A stretch of 32,000 nt of DNA from Rhodobacter capsulatus SB 1003 (GTDB lineage Bacteria; Pseudomonadota; Alphaproteobacteria; Rhodobacterales; Rhodobacteraceae). Made by a program: the position numbers and the translations under genes. Every line of letters begins with the position of its first letter. The first letter of the stretch is position 1. The stretch spans positions 1,530,001-1,562,000 of the forward strand of contig NC_014034.1 of the NCBI RefSeq assembly GCF_000021865.1. The letters are read 5' to 3'. A model generated the notes under the pieces. It ran no database searches and was not told the origin of the DNA. It saw only the letters and a program-made list of their open reading frames with translations. Of the stretch, positions 9,074 to 17,921 are shown in pieces.

Positions 9074-11287
9074 ATGACCTTGCCCGCCCGTTCCTTTGCC
9101 CCGCCGTTGGCCCGGAGCACCGCCATCGCCGCCGCGCTGATCTGCCTGCAGGGCGCCGCCCCGGCGCTTGCGCAAGAGCTTGTCGAGCTGGACGAGATCG
9201 TCGTCACCGGCTCCAAACGCGGCGAGAAGCTGCGCGATGTTCCCGGCTCGGTCGCCGTCGTCGATGCGCAGAAACTGGCCGAGGAGGGGGTGACCGACGG
9301 CGCCACGGCGCTGCGCGAGATCCCCGGGGCGGTGATGTATTCCTATGGCGACCGCAGCAATGCCTTTGTCACGCTGCGCGGGGTCGGCCCGCTTCTGATG
9401 CCGCTCAGCCCCGACGACAGTTCGGTGCTGACCTTCGTCGATGGCGCGCCCTTGATGCTGGAACAATCGGCCTCGAGCTATCTGGACCTTGAACAGGTCG
9501 AGGTGCTGAAGGGGCCGCAGAACACGCTGTTCGGGCGGTCCACCTCGGGCGGGGCGATCAACCTTGTTCCGGCGCTGCCGACCGATGTTTTCGAAGGGTC
9601 GCTGCGCAGCGACTTCGGCAGCGACGGGCTTTACCGTGCCGAGACCGTGCTGAACCTGCCGATCAGGCCCGGGGTGCTCTCGACCCGCTTCGCTTTGCGG
9701 CAATCGGGGGTGAACGGCTATGCGGCGAATGATGCGGGCCCGGATCTGGGCGGCAATCAGGTGCTGGCGGGCCGGGCCTCGGTGCTTTATACGCCCGGCG
9801 ATGCGACGCGGCTTCTGGTCACGCTGGCGGGGGAAAACGCCGATACCACCCCGGTTTACTACACCACCCAGATCGGCGAGGCCGATCCGCTGCCCGCGCG
9901 GCAAAGCTTTGCCAGCGACAATTCGCAGTCGCGTCAACTGATGGCGAAATTCGAACAGGATTTCGAGCGCTTCACCTTCACCGCCCAGACCTCGTTCAAC
10001 GACTACAGCGTGGAGAACAATTATCAGGGCGATCAGCTGCTCTTTTCCACCGTCACCGGGCTACCGATTTCCGATTTTTCCGACACCGCCGACAATTACA
10101 TGTTCTGGACCAAGGATCAGAGCCGCCTGACGCAGGAATTCCGGCTCTCTTCGCTGGAAGGGGCCGCAATCGGCTGGGTGGCGGGCGCCGTCGCCTATCG
10201 CGACGAGAACCGCAACACCAACAGCAGCAATGTCACCGCCTTTGGCGCGACGCAGGCGGGGTTCAAGAGCTATGACCAGGTCACCGATGGCGTGGCGGTC
10301 TTTGGCGACATCAGCCTGCCGCTGAGCGAACGGCTGACGGCCTCGGCCGGGCTGCGGCTGACCCATGAGGACAAGGATTTCAGCGCCGATTTCGACTCTC
10401 TCGGCTATGACCTGCTCTATCCGGGGATGCTGGCGCGCTATTCCGAAAGCGGTCGGCTGAGCGACGATTTCTGGACCGGCAAGGCGGCGTTGTCTTACGA
10501 ATGGTCGCCCGATCTGACCACCTATGCCTCCATCGCGCGCGGCTACAAATCCGGCGGCTACGGGTTTTACAACACCTTCATGGGCTTCGGCGTGCCGCGC
10601 GGCACCTATGCGCCCTCCGAAACGATCAGCTACGAGATCGGCGGCCGGGCCAGCCTGTTCGAGGGTCGGCTCGATCTTTCGGGGGCGGTCTTCTTCAACG
10701 ACCTGAACGACGAGCAGATCATGCTGTACGATTCCGCCACCCTGGCCTCGGCCAATGCCAATCTGGATGCGCGCTCGCAGGGGGTCGAGCTCGATGCCAC
10801 CTGGCGGCCGGATGATCATTGGCAGCTGGGCACGGGCCTGGCCTATACCAGGACCGAGATCACCGATGTGCCCGCCGCCGCCTCGGTGGTGAATGCCGGG
10901 CTCGAGGCGGGGGACCGGCTGCCCAACACGCCCGAATGGGCGGGCAGGCTTGATCTGGGCTATCGCGCGACGGCGGGCGAGATCGGCTGGAAGGCGGCCG
11001 CTCCGGACACCGAGGTCTATGGCAAGATCGGCTATTCCTGGATGGGCGCGCGCTATTTCGACGCCGCCAATCTGGGCAAGCTGGCGCCGGTCAATCTGGT
11101 GTCGGCCCGGCTCGGGATGCGCTGGGGCAATGGCGAGATCTATCTCTTCGGCGAAAACCTGCTCGACGAGCGCTATCTGACCGTGCGCCAGCCCTATGGC
11201 GTGGCCGCGGGCACGACGACGCCGGTTTACGGCGTGTCCTATGACCGGGGCCGGGTGATCGGCGTCGGGATGACGGTGACATTCTGA
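9074..11287 (+). CDS. TonB-dependent siderophore receptor (TBDR 1)
   Basis: It has a signal peptide ending ...APALAQE, the TonB box LDEIVVTG and the plug motif VEVLKGPQNTLFGRSTSGGAINLV. The C-terminal residue is F (GVGMTVTF). Confidence 0.92.
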   Translation: MTLPARSFAPPLARSTAIAAALICLQGAAPALAQELVELDEIVVTGSKRGEKLRDVPGSVAVVDAQKLAEEGVTDGATALREIPGAVMYSYGDRSNAFVTLRGVGPLLMPLSPDDSSVLTFVDGAPLMLEQSASSYLDLEQVEVLKGPQNTLFGRSTSGGAINLVPALPTDVFEGSLRSDFGSDGLYRAETVLNLPIRPGVLSTRFALRQSGVNGYAANDAGPDLGGNQVLAGRASVLYTPGDATRLLVTLAGENADTTPVYYTTQIGEADPLPARQSFASDNSQSRQLMAKFEQDFERFTFTAQTSFNDYSVENNYQGDQLLFSTVTGLPISDFSDTADNYMFWTKDQSRLTQEFRLSSLEGAAIGWVAGAVAYRDENRNTNSSNVTAFGATQAGFKSYDQVTDGVAVFGDISLPLSERLTASAGLRLTHEDKDFSADFDSLGYDLLYPGMLARYSESGRLSDDFWTGKAALSYEWSPDLTTYASIARGYKSGGYGFYNTFMGFGVPRGTYAPSETISYEIGGRASLFEGRLDLSGAVFFNDLNDEQIMLYDSATLASANANLDARSQGVELDATWRPDDHWQLGTGLAYTRTEITDVPAAASVVNAGLEAGDRLPNTPEWAGRLDLGYRATAGEIGWKAAAPDTEVYGKIGYSWMGARYFDAANLGKLAPVNLVSARLGMRWGNGEIYLFGENLLDERYLTVRQPYGVAAGTTTPVYGVSYDRGRVIGVGMTVTF

Positions 11288-11298
11288 AGGGGGATCCC

Positions 11299-12135
11299 AT
11301 GACACAGGTTGCAAGGATCGGGACGGGGGCGCGGATCGCGCCGCGGCTGGGTGGCGTGCCCGAGACGCTGCTCTGGCCACTGCGCTCGCGCGCGGGGATG
11401 ACGGTGCTTGACCGCGGGTTCTTCGACGATCCGATGGCGGTCGATCTGCTGAACCGGATCGATTATGATTTCGACCGCTTCGGCCCGGTCAGTCACTGGC
11501 ATGCGGTGCGGTCGAAATATTCGGACGGGCTGATCCGGCGCTATCTGGCCCGCCATCCCGAGGCGCAGGTGCTGGCGCTGGGCGAGGGGCTGGAGACGCA
11601 GTTCTGGCGGCTCGACAACGGGCGGCTGCGCTGGCTTTGCGTCGATCTGCCCGAAAGCATCGCGCTGCGCCGCCAGCTTCTGCCCGACCATCCGCGGTTG
11701 ACGGAGCTGCCGCTTTCCGCGCTTGACCCCGCAGTGTTCGAGGCGGTCGATCCCGAACGGGGGTTTTTCGTCACCGCGGCGGGGCTGGTGATGTATTTCA
11801 CCGCAGAAGAGACGCTGGCCCTGCTGCGCCGGATCGGCGCGCATCGCGGCCCGTCCCCGGCCGAGATTTTCTTTGACACCATTCCGCACTGGTTTTCGCG
11901 CCGGACGCTCCGGGGCATGGTGGTGGACAAGGATTACACCGCGCCGCAGATGCCCTTTGCGCTGGCGCGCCGCGATGTGCCGGCGTTCTTGCGGCAGGTG
12001 CCCGGGCTTTCGCTTGTCACCGCGATCGGCTATGGCGAGGCCTTTCCGGAGCGGTCGCGGCTGATCGCGACGCTGGGGCGGTTGCCCGTGGTGCGCGACA
12101 TGGCGCCGCTTCTGCTCCACGCCCGTTTCGGCTGA
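11299..12135 (+). CDS. class I SAM-dependent methyltransferase, TcmP / leucine carboxyl methyltransferase (LCM)-like
   Basis: The pattern ETLLWPLRSRA...DP.AVDLLNRIDYDF..F...............YLARHPEAQVLALGEGLETQFWRLD......WLCVDLPE resembles COG3315/PF04072. The RBS AAGGGGGA is present, and the gene starts 11 bp after the TBDR stop. Confidence 0.75.
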   Translation: MTQVARIGTGARIAPRLGGVPETLLWPLRSRAGMTVLDRGFFDDPMAVDLLNRIDYDFDRFGPVSHWHAVRSKYSDGLIRRYLARHPEAQVLALGEGLETQFWRLDNGRLRWLCVDLPESIALRRQLLPDHPRLTELPLSALDPAVFEAVDPERGFFVTAAGLVMYFTAEETLALLRRIGAHRGPSPAEIFFDTIPHWFSRRTLRGMVVDKDYTAPQMPFALARRDVPAFLRQVPGLSLVTAIGYGEAFPERSRLIATLGRLPVVRDMAPLLLHARFG

Positions 12136-12144
12136 GCTCAGCCG
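12129..12144. repeat. 16-bp perfect palindrome CGGCTGAGCTCAGCCG containing both convergent stop codons
   Basis: Read directly from the sequence. The methyltransferase TGA (12133-12135) and the AraC TGA (complement of 12138-12140) lie inside it. Confidence 0.95.
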
Positions 12145-13139
12145 CGCTCGGCGCGGGGCGGGCGGCCGAAGCGGCGGCGATAGGCATGGGTGAAATTCGC
12201 CGGATCGCCATAGCCGCAGCGCCAGGCGATGTCCCCGATCGGCAAGGCGGTGTCGCGCAGCAGATCGCGGCCCATCTGCAAGCGCCTCTCCAGCACGTAA
12301 TCAAACAGCCGCACCCCATGCGCGGATTTGAAGGCACGGCGCAGCGTGGTTTCGTTGGTGCCCAGATCATGCGCCAGCCTCAGCGCCGAGGGCACCGCCT
12401 CGGGGGCGGCATCGATCCGGGCTTTCGCCTCGGCGGCGAGCTGCGCAGAGCGGCGCGGCAGCGCGGCGGGGCCGGGGGCACGGTCGCCAAGATGGCGGGT
12501 CAGCTCGACCACGAGGCCAAGCGCCAGACTTTCGCGATAAAGATCGGCCAGCGCGCCTTGAAACGGCACCGCATGCAGCCGCGCCAGGATCTCGCGCAGC
12601 GCCGGGGCCCCCGGCAGGGCGCAATGCCGGACCCCCGGATCCAGCAGCGCCCGCAGCTCCTTCAGCCCGTCCTGCAGATCCTCCGGCCCCTGATCGAAAA
12701 AGCCGGGCGTGATCAGCAGCCCCGCCATGCGATAGCGCTGCCCCATCGGTTCGCAAAAGCCGATCGGCGTGTCCTGCCCCAGCGCCGAGATCTGCGCGAT
12801 GCCCTGGCCCGGATGCACATGCTGCTGCCCCGCGACCTCCCAGCTCGATGCGCCCTCGAACAGGGCCGAGACCCGGATGCAGCGCGGCGAGACCGACACC
12901 ATATCCAGCGTGGCCGCCAGTTCCAGATCGCAATCAAGGCATTGCAGCCCGCTGCGCAGGGTCTTGCACAGATAGCGCCCCGCCGCCACCACCCCGTTGC
13001 GCGGCGGCGGCTTCGGGGCATCCCGGAAGGTGCAGGCGATCTCGTCCCTGAGCATGTCGCGCAGGGCAATCGCCGCTTTGGGGCCATCGTCGACGACGAT
13101 ATCGCGATAGGGCGAGCCATCGGGCGCGGGGTTTTTCAT
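12138..13139 (-). CDS. AraC-family transcriptional regulator, YbtA/PchR-like
   Basis: The 333-aa product has a C-terminal double HTH, ...LRLAHDLGTNETTLRRAFKSAHGVRLFDYVLERRLQMGRDLLRDTALPIGDIAWRCGYGDPANFTHAYRRRFG. The ATG at 13139 has a GGAG RBS. Confidence 0.88.
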   Translation of the reverse strand: MKNPAPDGSPYRDIVVDDGPKAAIALRDMLRDEIACTFRDAPKPPPRNGVVAAGRYLCKTLRSGLQCLDCDLELAATLDMVSVSPRCIRVSALFEGASSWEVAGQQHVHPGQGIAQISALGQDTPIGFCEPMGQRYRMAGLLITPGFFDQGPEDLQDGLKELRALLDPGVRHCALPGAPALREILARLHAVPFQGALADLYRESLALGLVVELTRHLGDRAPGPAALPRRSAQLAAEAKARIDAAPEAVPSALRLAHDLGTNETTLRRAFKSAHGVRLFDYVLERRLQMGRDLLRDTALPIGDIAWRCGYGDPANFTHAYRRRFGRPPRAERG

Positions 13140-13171
13140 CTGGATCTCCGGAACCGGGCAGAAGGCTAATG

Positions 13172-13186
13172 TGACAAAAATAGTCA
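13172..13186. promoter_or_regulatory. operator-like motif TGACAAAAATAGTCA (best palindrome of the family)
   Basis: It has a TGAC-N7-GTCA form and lies 33 bp upstream of the AraC ATG at 13139. Confidence 0.5.
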
Positions 13187-13591
13187 ACAAAAGACAGCCC
13201 GTCTTCTGCGCCGCGGTCCCTGCGTCCAGATGCCGCCCGCGGGAGATGATTTTCAGCAAGACGTGAGCCCGTTGCCCGCTGCAGGCTTCGTGCCCGCTTC
13301 GCCAGGTCAACGCCGGGGATCGAGACGTCCTTCATGGCTCAGCGCTCCTGATCCGCGCCGGATCAATCGGGCCAAGTGGCGTCAGGAGGGGCTCCCCAAC
13401 CCATCCTCGATGCTCTCGCTTGCACGAGGCCCAGGGCTGAGCGGCAGCCCCGGCGGGCTCTCTTGCGCCGGGCCGGGCAATGGCCTAGGTTTGGCGCCTG
13501 CGCACTACCCATGCCGCCGCGGTCGCTTTGGCCGCTCCGGTGCCACAGGCAAGCGTCGTTTCGGTCTTTTCCGCCTGTGGAGAAAAGGGAA

Positions 13592-14491
13592 ATGGGCTTC
13601 CTGCCTGCGATGACCAGCCAGACGCACGGGATTTCCCGCACCGCGCCGGTGCGGTGGCGTTCCTTCGAGGCGATGTGCGGGGTGTTTTGGGAAGCCGAGG
13701 GCCGGGCCGGGGCGACGGGCTATTACAGCTCGCCCGATCCGCGGGTGATGCTGTTCTTCAACGATGTCTCCGACCAGATCCGGCTCTCGGACCGGGGCGC
13801 CGCCGATCAGGGCCATGCCCGCCCGCTGCTGCGCGCGCTTTATGTGCCCGCGGGCATGCCGATCTGGACCCGGTTCGTGGCCGGGCATCGGTTTTCGCAT
13901 CTGGATCTGCATCTGCACCGCAGCTGGCTTCTGGCGCGGCTGGGCGCGGGTCTGGGGGCGGGCGATGCGATGCGGGTGGTCAGTCAACCGGCCGAGCTGC
14001 AGGAGGTTTCGGCGCTCGCCGCGATCGGCGCGGCGCTGCGCCAGGAGATCATCGCCCCCGAGCGCCACCCGATCTTTGCCGAAAGTCTGGCCGTGGCGCT
14101 GGTCACGGGGCTTTTGGACATGCCCGGGGCGCCGCCGCCCGAGACGCGCCATTCCGGCGGCCTGACGCCCGAGCAGATGCGCCGGTTGCAGCGGCTCCTG
14201 GAGGAGGACGGCAGCGGCCGGCTGAGCACCGCGGCGCTGGCCGAGGCGGTGGGTCTGTCGCCCGGCTGGTTTTCGCAGGCCTTCAAGAAGACCACCGGCA
14301 AGACGCCGCTGCAATGGCAGCAGGAACGCCGCATCGCGGGGGTGAAACGGGCGCTTCTGGCCTCGGAGATGATGATTGCCGATGTCGCGATGCAGTTCGG
14401 CTTTGCCGATCAGGCGCATCTGACGCGGGCCTTTCGCCGCCACGAGGGCACGACGCCCTCGGCCTGGCTGCGCGCCCAGCGCAAGGGGTGA
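13592..14491 (+). CDS. AraC-family transcriptional regulator (second, divergent)
   Basis: The 299-aa product has the C-terminal HTH ...LAEAVGLSPGWFSQAFKKTTGKTPLQWQQERRIAGVKRALLASEMMIADVAMQFGFADQAHLTRAFRRHEGTTPSAW. The ATG at 13592 is preceded by GGAGAAAAGGGAA. The upstream 72 codons of ORF 13376.. look non-coding because they are R/P-rich. Confidence 0.85.
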   Translation: MGFLPAMTSQTHGISRTAPVRWRSFEAMCGVFWEAEGRAGATGYYSSPDPRVMLFFNDVSDQIRLSDRGAADQGHARPLLRALYVPAGMPIWTRFVAGHRFSHLDLHLHRSWLLARLGAGLGAGDAMRVVSQPAELQEVSALAAIGAALRQEIIAPERHPIFAESLAVALVTGLLDMPGAPPPETRHSGGLTPEQMRRLQRLLEEDGSGRLSTAALAEAVGLSPGWFSQAFKKTTGKTPLQWQQERRIAGVKRALLASEMMIADVAMQFGFADQAHLTRAFRRHEGTTPSAWLRAQRKG

Positions 14492-14519
14492 CCCCGGCCG
14501 CAAGCGTGGCCGCCGGGGT
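14491..14519. terminator. GC-rich hairpin between convergent AraC and TBDR genes
   Basis: ACCCCGGC...GCCGGGGT forms an 8-bp perfect stem with a 13-nt loop. There is no U-tract. Confidence 0.35.
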
Positions 14520-14526
14520 CGCGCGC

Positions 14527-16659
14527 TTACCAGCTCTTGCGCAGGCTCAGCCCGATTTCACGGCCGGGGTTGTAATAATCCGCCGTGCCCGAGCCGACGA
14601 CATGCTGTTCGTCGAGCAGGTTGCTGACATGCAATTCCAGCGTCGCGGTCTCCGACAGATCATAGCCGACCGAGGCATCGACCAGCGTCGCGGCACTGGC
14701 CTTGCGGCTGTTGACCGCGTCGAAATAATAGCTGCCGACATGGCGCAGCCCCAGCCCCAGCGTCACATCCCCCCGCGCCTGCGTGCCCGCCAGCGTGTAA
14801 TTCGCCCAGATCGAGGCGACATGATTGGGCGTTGAGGCGAATTGCTTGCCCGCGATCGAGGCGCCCGAACGCAGCGTGCCCGTCACCACCTCCGAGTCGA
14901 TGTAGGAATAAGACCCGATCAGCGTCAGCGCCGAGGTCAGCTCGGTCTTGGCTTCCAGATCAAGGCCGCGCACCCGCGATTCCCCGACCTTCTCGCGCTC
15001 GATCGCGCCACCGGGCTGCACCACCGCAATCGTCACATCCTTTTTCGTCAGGTCATAGACCGCCGCCGAAATCAGGGTGTTCGACCCCTCGGGGGCGAAT
15101 TTCACCCCGATTTCATATTGTTCGCCGCGTTCGGGATCGACGCCCACTGTCGGCGGTGCGATCGATTCGACGAAGCTGCCATAGATCGACAGGCTGGGGG
15201 TGAACTTCCAGGTCAGCGCCGCCCGGCCCGAACTTTCGGAAAAATCGCCGCTGGCGCTGACCGGCGTCGCGCCCATCAGGTTGGTGCTGGTGACATCCAG
15301 CCAGTCATGGCGCAGCCCGACAGTGGCGATCAGCCGGTCGTTGAAGGCCAGGTTCTGCGTCGCAAAGACCGAACGCGTCAGGTTTTCCACCCGCGTGCGG
15401 GCATAGACCGAGGGGCTGGCCGGGCCGCCCGAATAAACCGGATTGGCCAGGTCGATCGACCCGGCAAGCCCGTAGATCGAGGTGTCGGTGCTGGTGCCGT
15501 CGCGGAATTCGATCCCGCCCAGCGTGCTGCTGCCGATGCTGCCAAAGCGCGTGTCATATTGCAGCACGGCATTGCCGATCGTCTCGGTCGCGCTGCGGTC
15601 GGTGCCGAAATAATAGCGCGAGAGCGTCGTGCCGGTGCGTCCGGCATAGTCATAAAGATAGACATAGCCGAAATCGTCGGTCAGGTCGCTGTAGCGCAGA
15701 TTGCCGCGCAGCGTCAGGCCATTGCCGAAATCATGGGTCAAAAGCGCGGTGACCGAGGTGCGTTCGACATCGTGATAATTGAACCCGGGCTCGCCATAAA
15801 AGGCGCTGCGGTCATAGTCCCGATCCAGCGGATAGCCGCCGCTGTTGGGCGTGCCGTCGCGGTCCAGATGATCGACGATCAGGCTCAGCGAGGTGGCGAC
15901 GTCGGGCGACCAGGTCAGCCCGGCCATCAGGAAGGTCTCGTCATCGTTGGAATGGTCGTATTCCAGCGCGCCATCCTTGAGCTTGCCGGTCAGCCGAAAG
16001 GCCAGCGTATCGGCCGCATTCAGCACATTGCCGAAATCAAAGGCGGCTTCCGTGCTGCCAAAGGACCCGTAGCTGAGCCGCGTTTCGGCGATGCGTTCGA
16101 ATTTCGGCTGTTTGGTGACGAAATTGACCGAGCCGCCCGGATCGGCAACGCCAAACAGCGTCGAATTGGCGCCACGCAGCACTTCGACGCGCTCATAGGC
16201 ATAGGGGTCTTCGCGCACGCCGCGCATCGAGCCCAGCGTCAGCCCGTCACGATAAGTCGTGGCGCTGAAGCCGCGGATCTGGAAATAGTCGTTGCGGTCG
16301 TCGGTGCCGTAGTAATCGGTGTGCAGACCGGCGGAATATTGCAGCACCTCTTCCAGCGTGTCGGCCTTGCGGGCCTCGATTTCCTTTTGCGTGATCACCG
16401 AGACCGAGGCGGGCGTATCCTGCAGGCTGGTGGCGACCTTGCCGCCCACCCAAAGCTCGCGGGCGACGACCGTGGCCGCATCGTCATCGGCCTTGCCCGC
16501 GGCGTTCACGGTGATCGGCGACAGGCGGAACGGGGTTTCGGCATCGGTTTCGGCGCCGTCTTGGGCCGTGGCGGGCTGGGCGGCCAGCAGCGCCAGCACC
16601 GCGCAGCCCGATTTCAGCAGCCGGTGGCGCGGGGCTGCGGTCTGGGAAGGCAAGGTCAC
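14527..16659 (-). CDS. TonB-dependent siderophore receptor, FhuA/FhuE-like (TBDR 2)
   Basis: The GTG start has a GGAG RBS. Recognisable elements are the signal peptide ...AQPATAQD, the TonB box SPITVNA, the plug motifs TPASVSVITQKEIE and VEVLRGANSTLFGVADPGGSVNFVTKQP, and a C-terminal W. Confidence 0.92.
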   Translation of the reverse strand: MTLPSQTAAPRHRLLKSGCAVLALLAAQPATAQDGAETDAETPFRLSPITVNAAGKADDDAATVVARELWVGGKVATSLQDTPASVSVITQKEIEARKADTLEEVLQYSAGLHTDYYGTDDRNDYFQIRGFSATTYRDGLTLGSMRGVREDPYAYERVEVLRGANSTLFGVADPGGSVNFVTKQPKFERIAETRLSYGSFGSTEAAFDFGNVLNAADTLAFRLTGKLKDGALEYDHSNDDETFLMAGLTWSPDVATSLSLIVDHLDRDGTPNSGGYPLDRDYDRSAFYGEPGFNYHDVERTSVTALLTHDFGNGLTLRGNLRYSDLTDDFGYVYLYDYAGRTGTTLSRYYFGTDRSATETIGNAVLQYDTRFGSIGSSTLGGIEFRDGTSTDTSIYGLAGSIDLANPVYSGGPASPSVYARTRVENLTRSVFATQNLAFNDRLIATVGLRHDWLDVTSTNLMGATPVSASGDFSESSGRAALTWKFTPSLSIYGSFVESIAPPTVGVDPERGEQYEIGVKFAPEGSNTLISAAVYDLTKKDVTIAVVQPGGAIEREKVGESRVRGLDLEAKTELTSALTLIGSYSYIDSEVVTGTLRSGASIAGKQFASTPNHVASIWANYTLAGTQARGDVTLGLGLRHVGSYYFDAVNSRKASAATLVDASVGYDLSETATLELHVSNLLDEQHVVGSGTADYYNPGREIGLSLRKSW

Positions 16660-16814
16660 GTCGATATCTCCAAAAGGGGGGCGGGCTGGCTCTCCGGGGG
16701 CGGGGCCCGGCCGGATGGCTGTGCAAGACAGTGCCGCCGGGCCCCGGGGGCGGCGGCCGAAGCCCTGCGATGCTCGCGCTCTAGCAGCCGGGCGCGGATG
16801 GGTCTTGAAGAAAC

Positions 16815-16829
16815 TGATGGTTTTTGTCA
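16815..16829. promoter_or_regulatory. operator-like motif TGATGGTTTTTGTCA
   Basis: It lies in the divergent TBDR2 / binding-protein intergenic region and is flanked by AGAAACT direct repeats. Confidence 0.5.
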
Positions 16830-16934
16830 GAAACTTTGGCGAAGCCGCGCCGCGCCCGGTTCCGACGGCTGCGCCGCCTTGACCGGCCCGGCCGCCACGG
16901 GCAAGGCGGTGCCAATCGAAGGACTCCTGCCGCC

Positions 16935-17921
16935 ATGAAACGCCCCCTGTTCCTGTTGCGCCTTGGCGCCCTTGCCCTTGTGGCGGTGCTGCCGCAGGCG
17001 GCGCTGGCCGAATCCTATCCGCTGGAAATCCGCCATGCCTTCGGCACCACCGTCCTGACCGAAAAGCCGGTCCGCATCGCCACGGTGGCCTGGAGCAACC
17101 ACGAGGTGCCGCTGGCGCTGGGGGTGGTACCGGTGGGCTTTGCGCGGGCGAATTTCGGCGATGACGACGGGGATGGCATCCTGCCCTGGGTCGAGGCGCG
17201 TCTGGCGGAACTGGGCGCCCCGCCGCCGGTGCTCTTTGACGAGGGCGACGGGATCGACTTCGAGGCGGTGGCGGCGACCGAGCCCGATGTGATCCTGGCG
17301 GCCTATTCCGGCCTTTCCGCGCAGGATTATGCCACGCTCAGCCGCATCGCCCCGGTGGTGGCCTATCCGCAAGCGCCCTGGACGACGGATTGGCGCCAGA
17401 TGATCGCGCTGAACAGCGCGGGTATGGGCATGGCCGCCGAGGGGCAGGCGCTGATTGCGCGGCTCGACGCCCAAATTGCGAAGACCCGCGCGGAACATCC
17501 TGAATTCGCGGGAAAAACCGCGATGTTCGTGACCCATCTGGCGGCGCAGGATCTGAGCCGGATCGGCTTTTACACCGAGCGCGATGCCCGGGTGCAGTTC
17601 TTTCGCGACCTGGGCTTTGACGCGCCGCAGATGGTGCGGGAGGCCGCCGCGGGGGGCGCCTTTTCGGCCGAGGTCAGCGCCGAGCTGATCGACAGCCTGG
17701 CCGATGTCGACGTGCTGGTGACCTATGGCGGCGCGGCTTTGCGTGACAGCCTGTCAAGCGATCTTCTGACCGCGCAGCTGCCCGCAGTGCGGCGCGGCGC
17801 GCTGGTGATGCTCGACAATGACCCGATGGGCACCGCGGCCAATCCCACGCCGATGTCGCTGCCCTGGGTGCTGGAGGCCTATGCCGACCGGCTCTCGGCG
17901 GCGGTGACGGCGGGGCGATGA
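16935..17921 (+). CDS. iron-siderophore ABC transporter periplasmic binding protein (FhuD/FecB-type)
   Basis: It has the signal peptide MKRPLFLLRLGALALVAVLPQAALA. It shows cluster-A binding-protein patterns (RIATVAWSNHEVPLALGVVPVG, EPDVILAAYSG). It is followed by FecCD permeases. Confidence 0.85.
   Translation: MKRPLFLLRLGALALVAVLPQAALAESYPLEIRHAFGTTVLTEKPVRIATVAWSNHEVPLALGVVPVGFARANFGDDDGDGILPWVEARLAELGAPPPVLFDEGDGIDFEAVAATEPDVILAAYSGLSAQDYATLSRIAPVVAYPQAPWTTDWRQMIALNSAGMGMAAEGQALIARLDAQIAKTRAEHPEFAGKTAMFVTHLAAQDLSRIGFYTERDARVQFFRDLGFDAPQMVREAAAGGAFSAEVSAELIDSLADVDVLVTYGGAALRDSLSSDLLTAQLPAVRRGALVMLDNDPMGTAANPTPMSLPWVLEAYADRLSAAVTAGR

Noticed and set aside
7753-9306. 517-aa minus-strand ORF.
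   Set aside because: It is a shadow ORF antisense to the MFS gene and the TBDR 1 start, and is extremely Arg-rich.
13376-13591. GTG-initiated 72-codon extension of the second AraC regulator.
   Set aside because: It is R/P-rich, has no RBS and shows no similarity to AraC N-domains. The ATG at 13592 has a purine-rich RBS.
14842-16938. 698-aa plus-strand ORF.
   Set aside because: It is antisense to TBDR 2. Long antisense frames of this kind in TBDR genes are a known high-GC artefact that is often misannotated. The sense strand has the TonB box, plug and barrel motifs.
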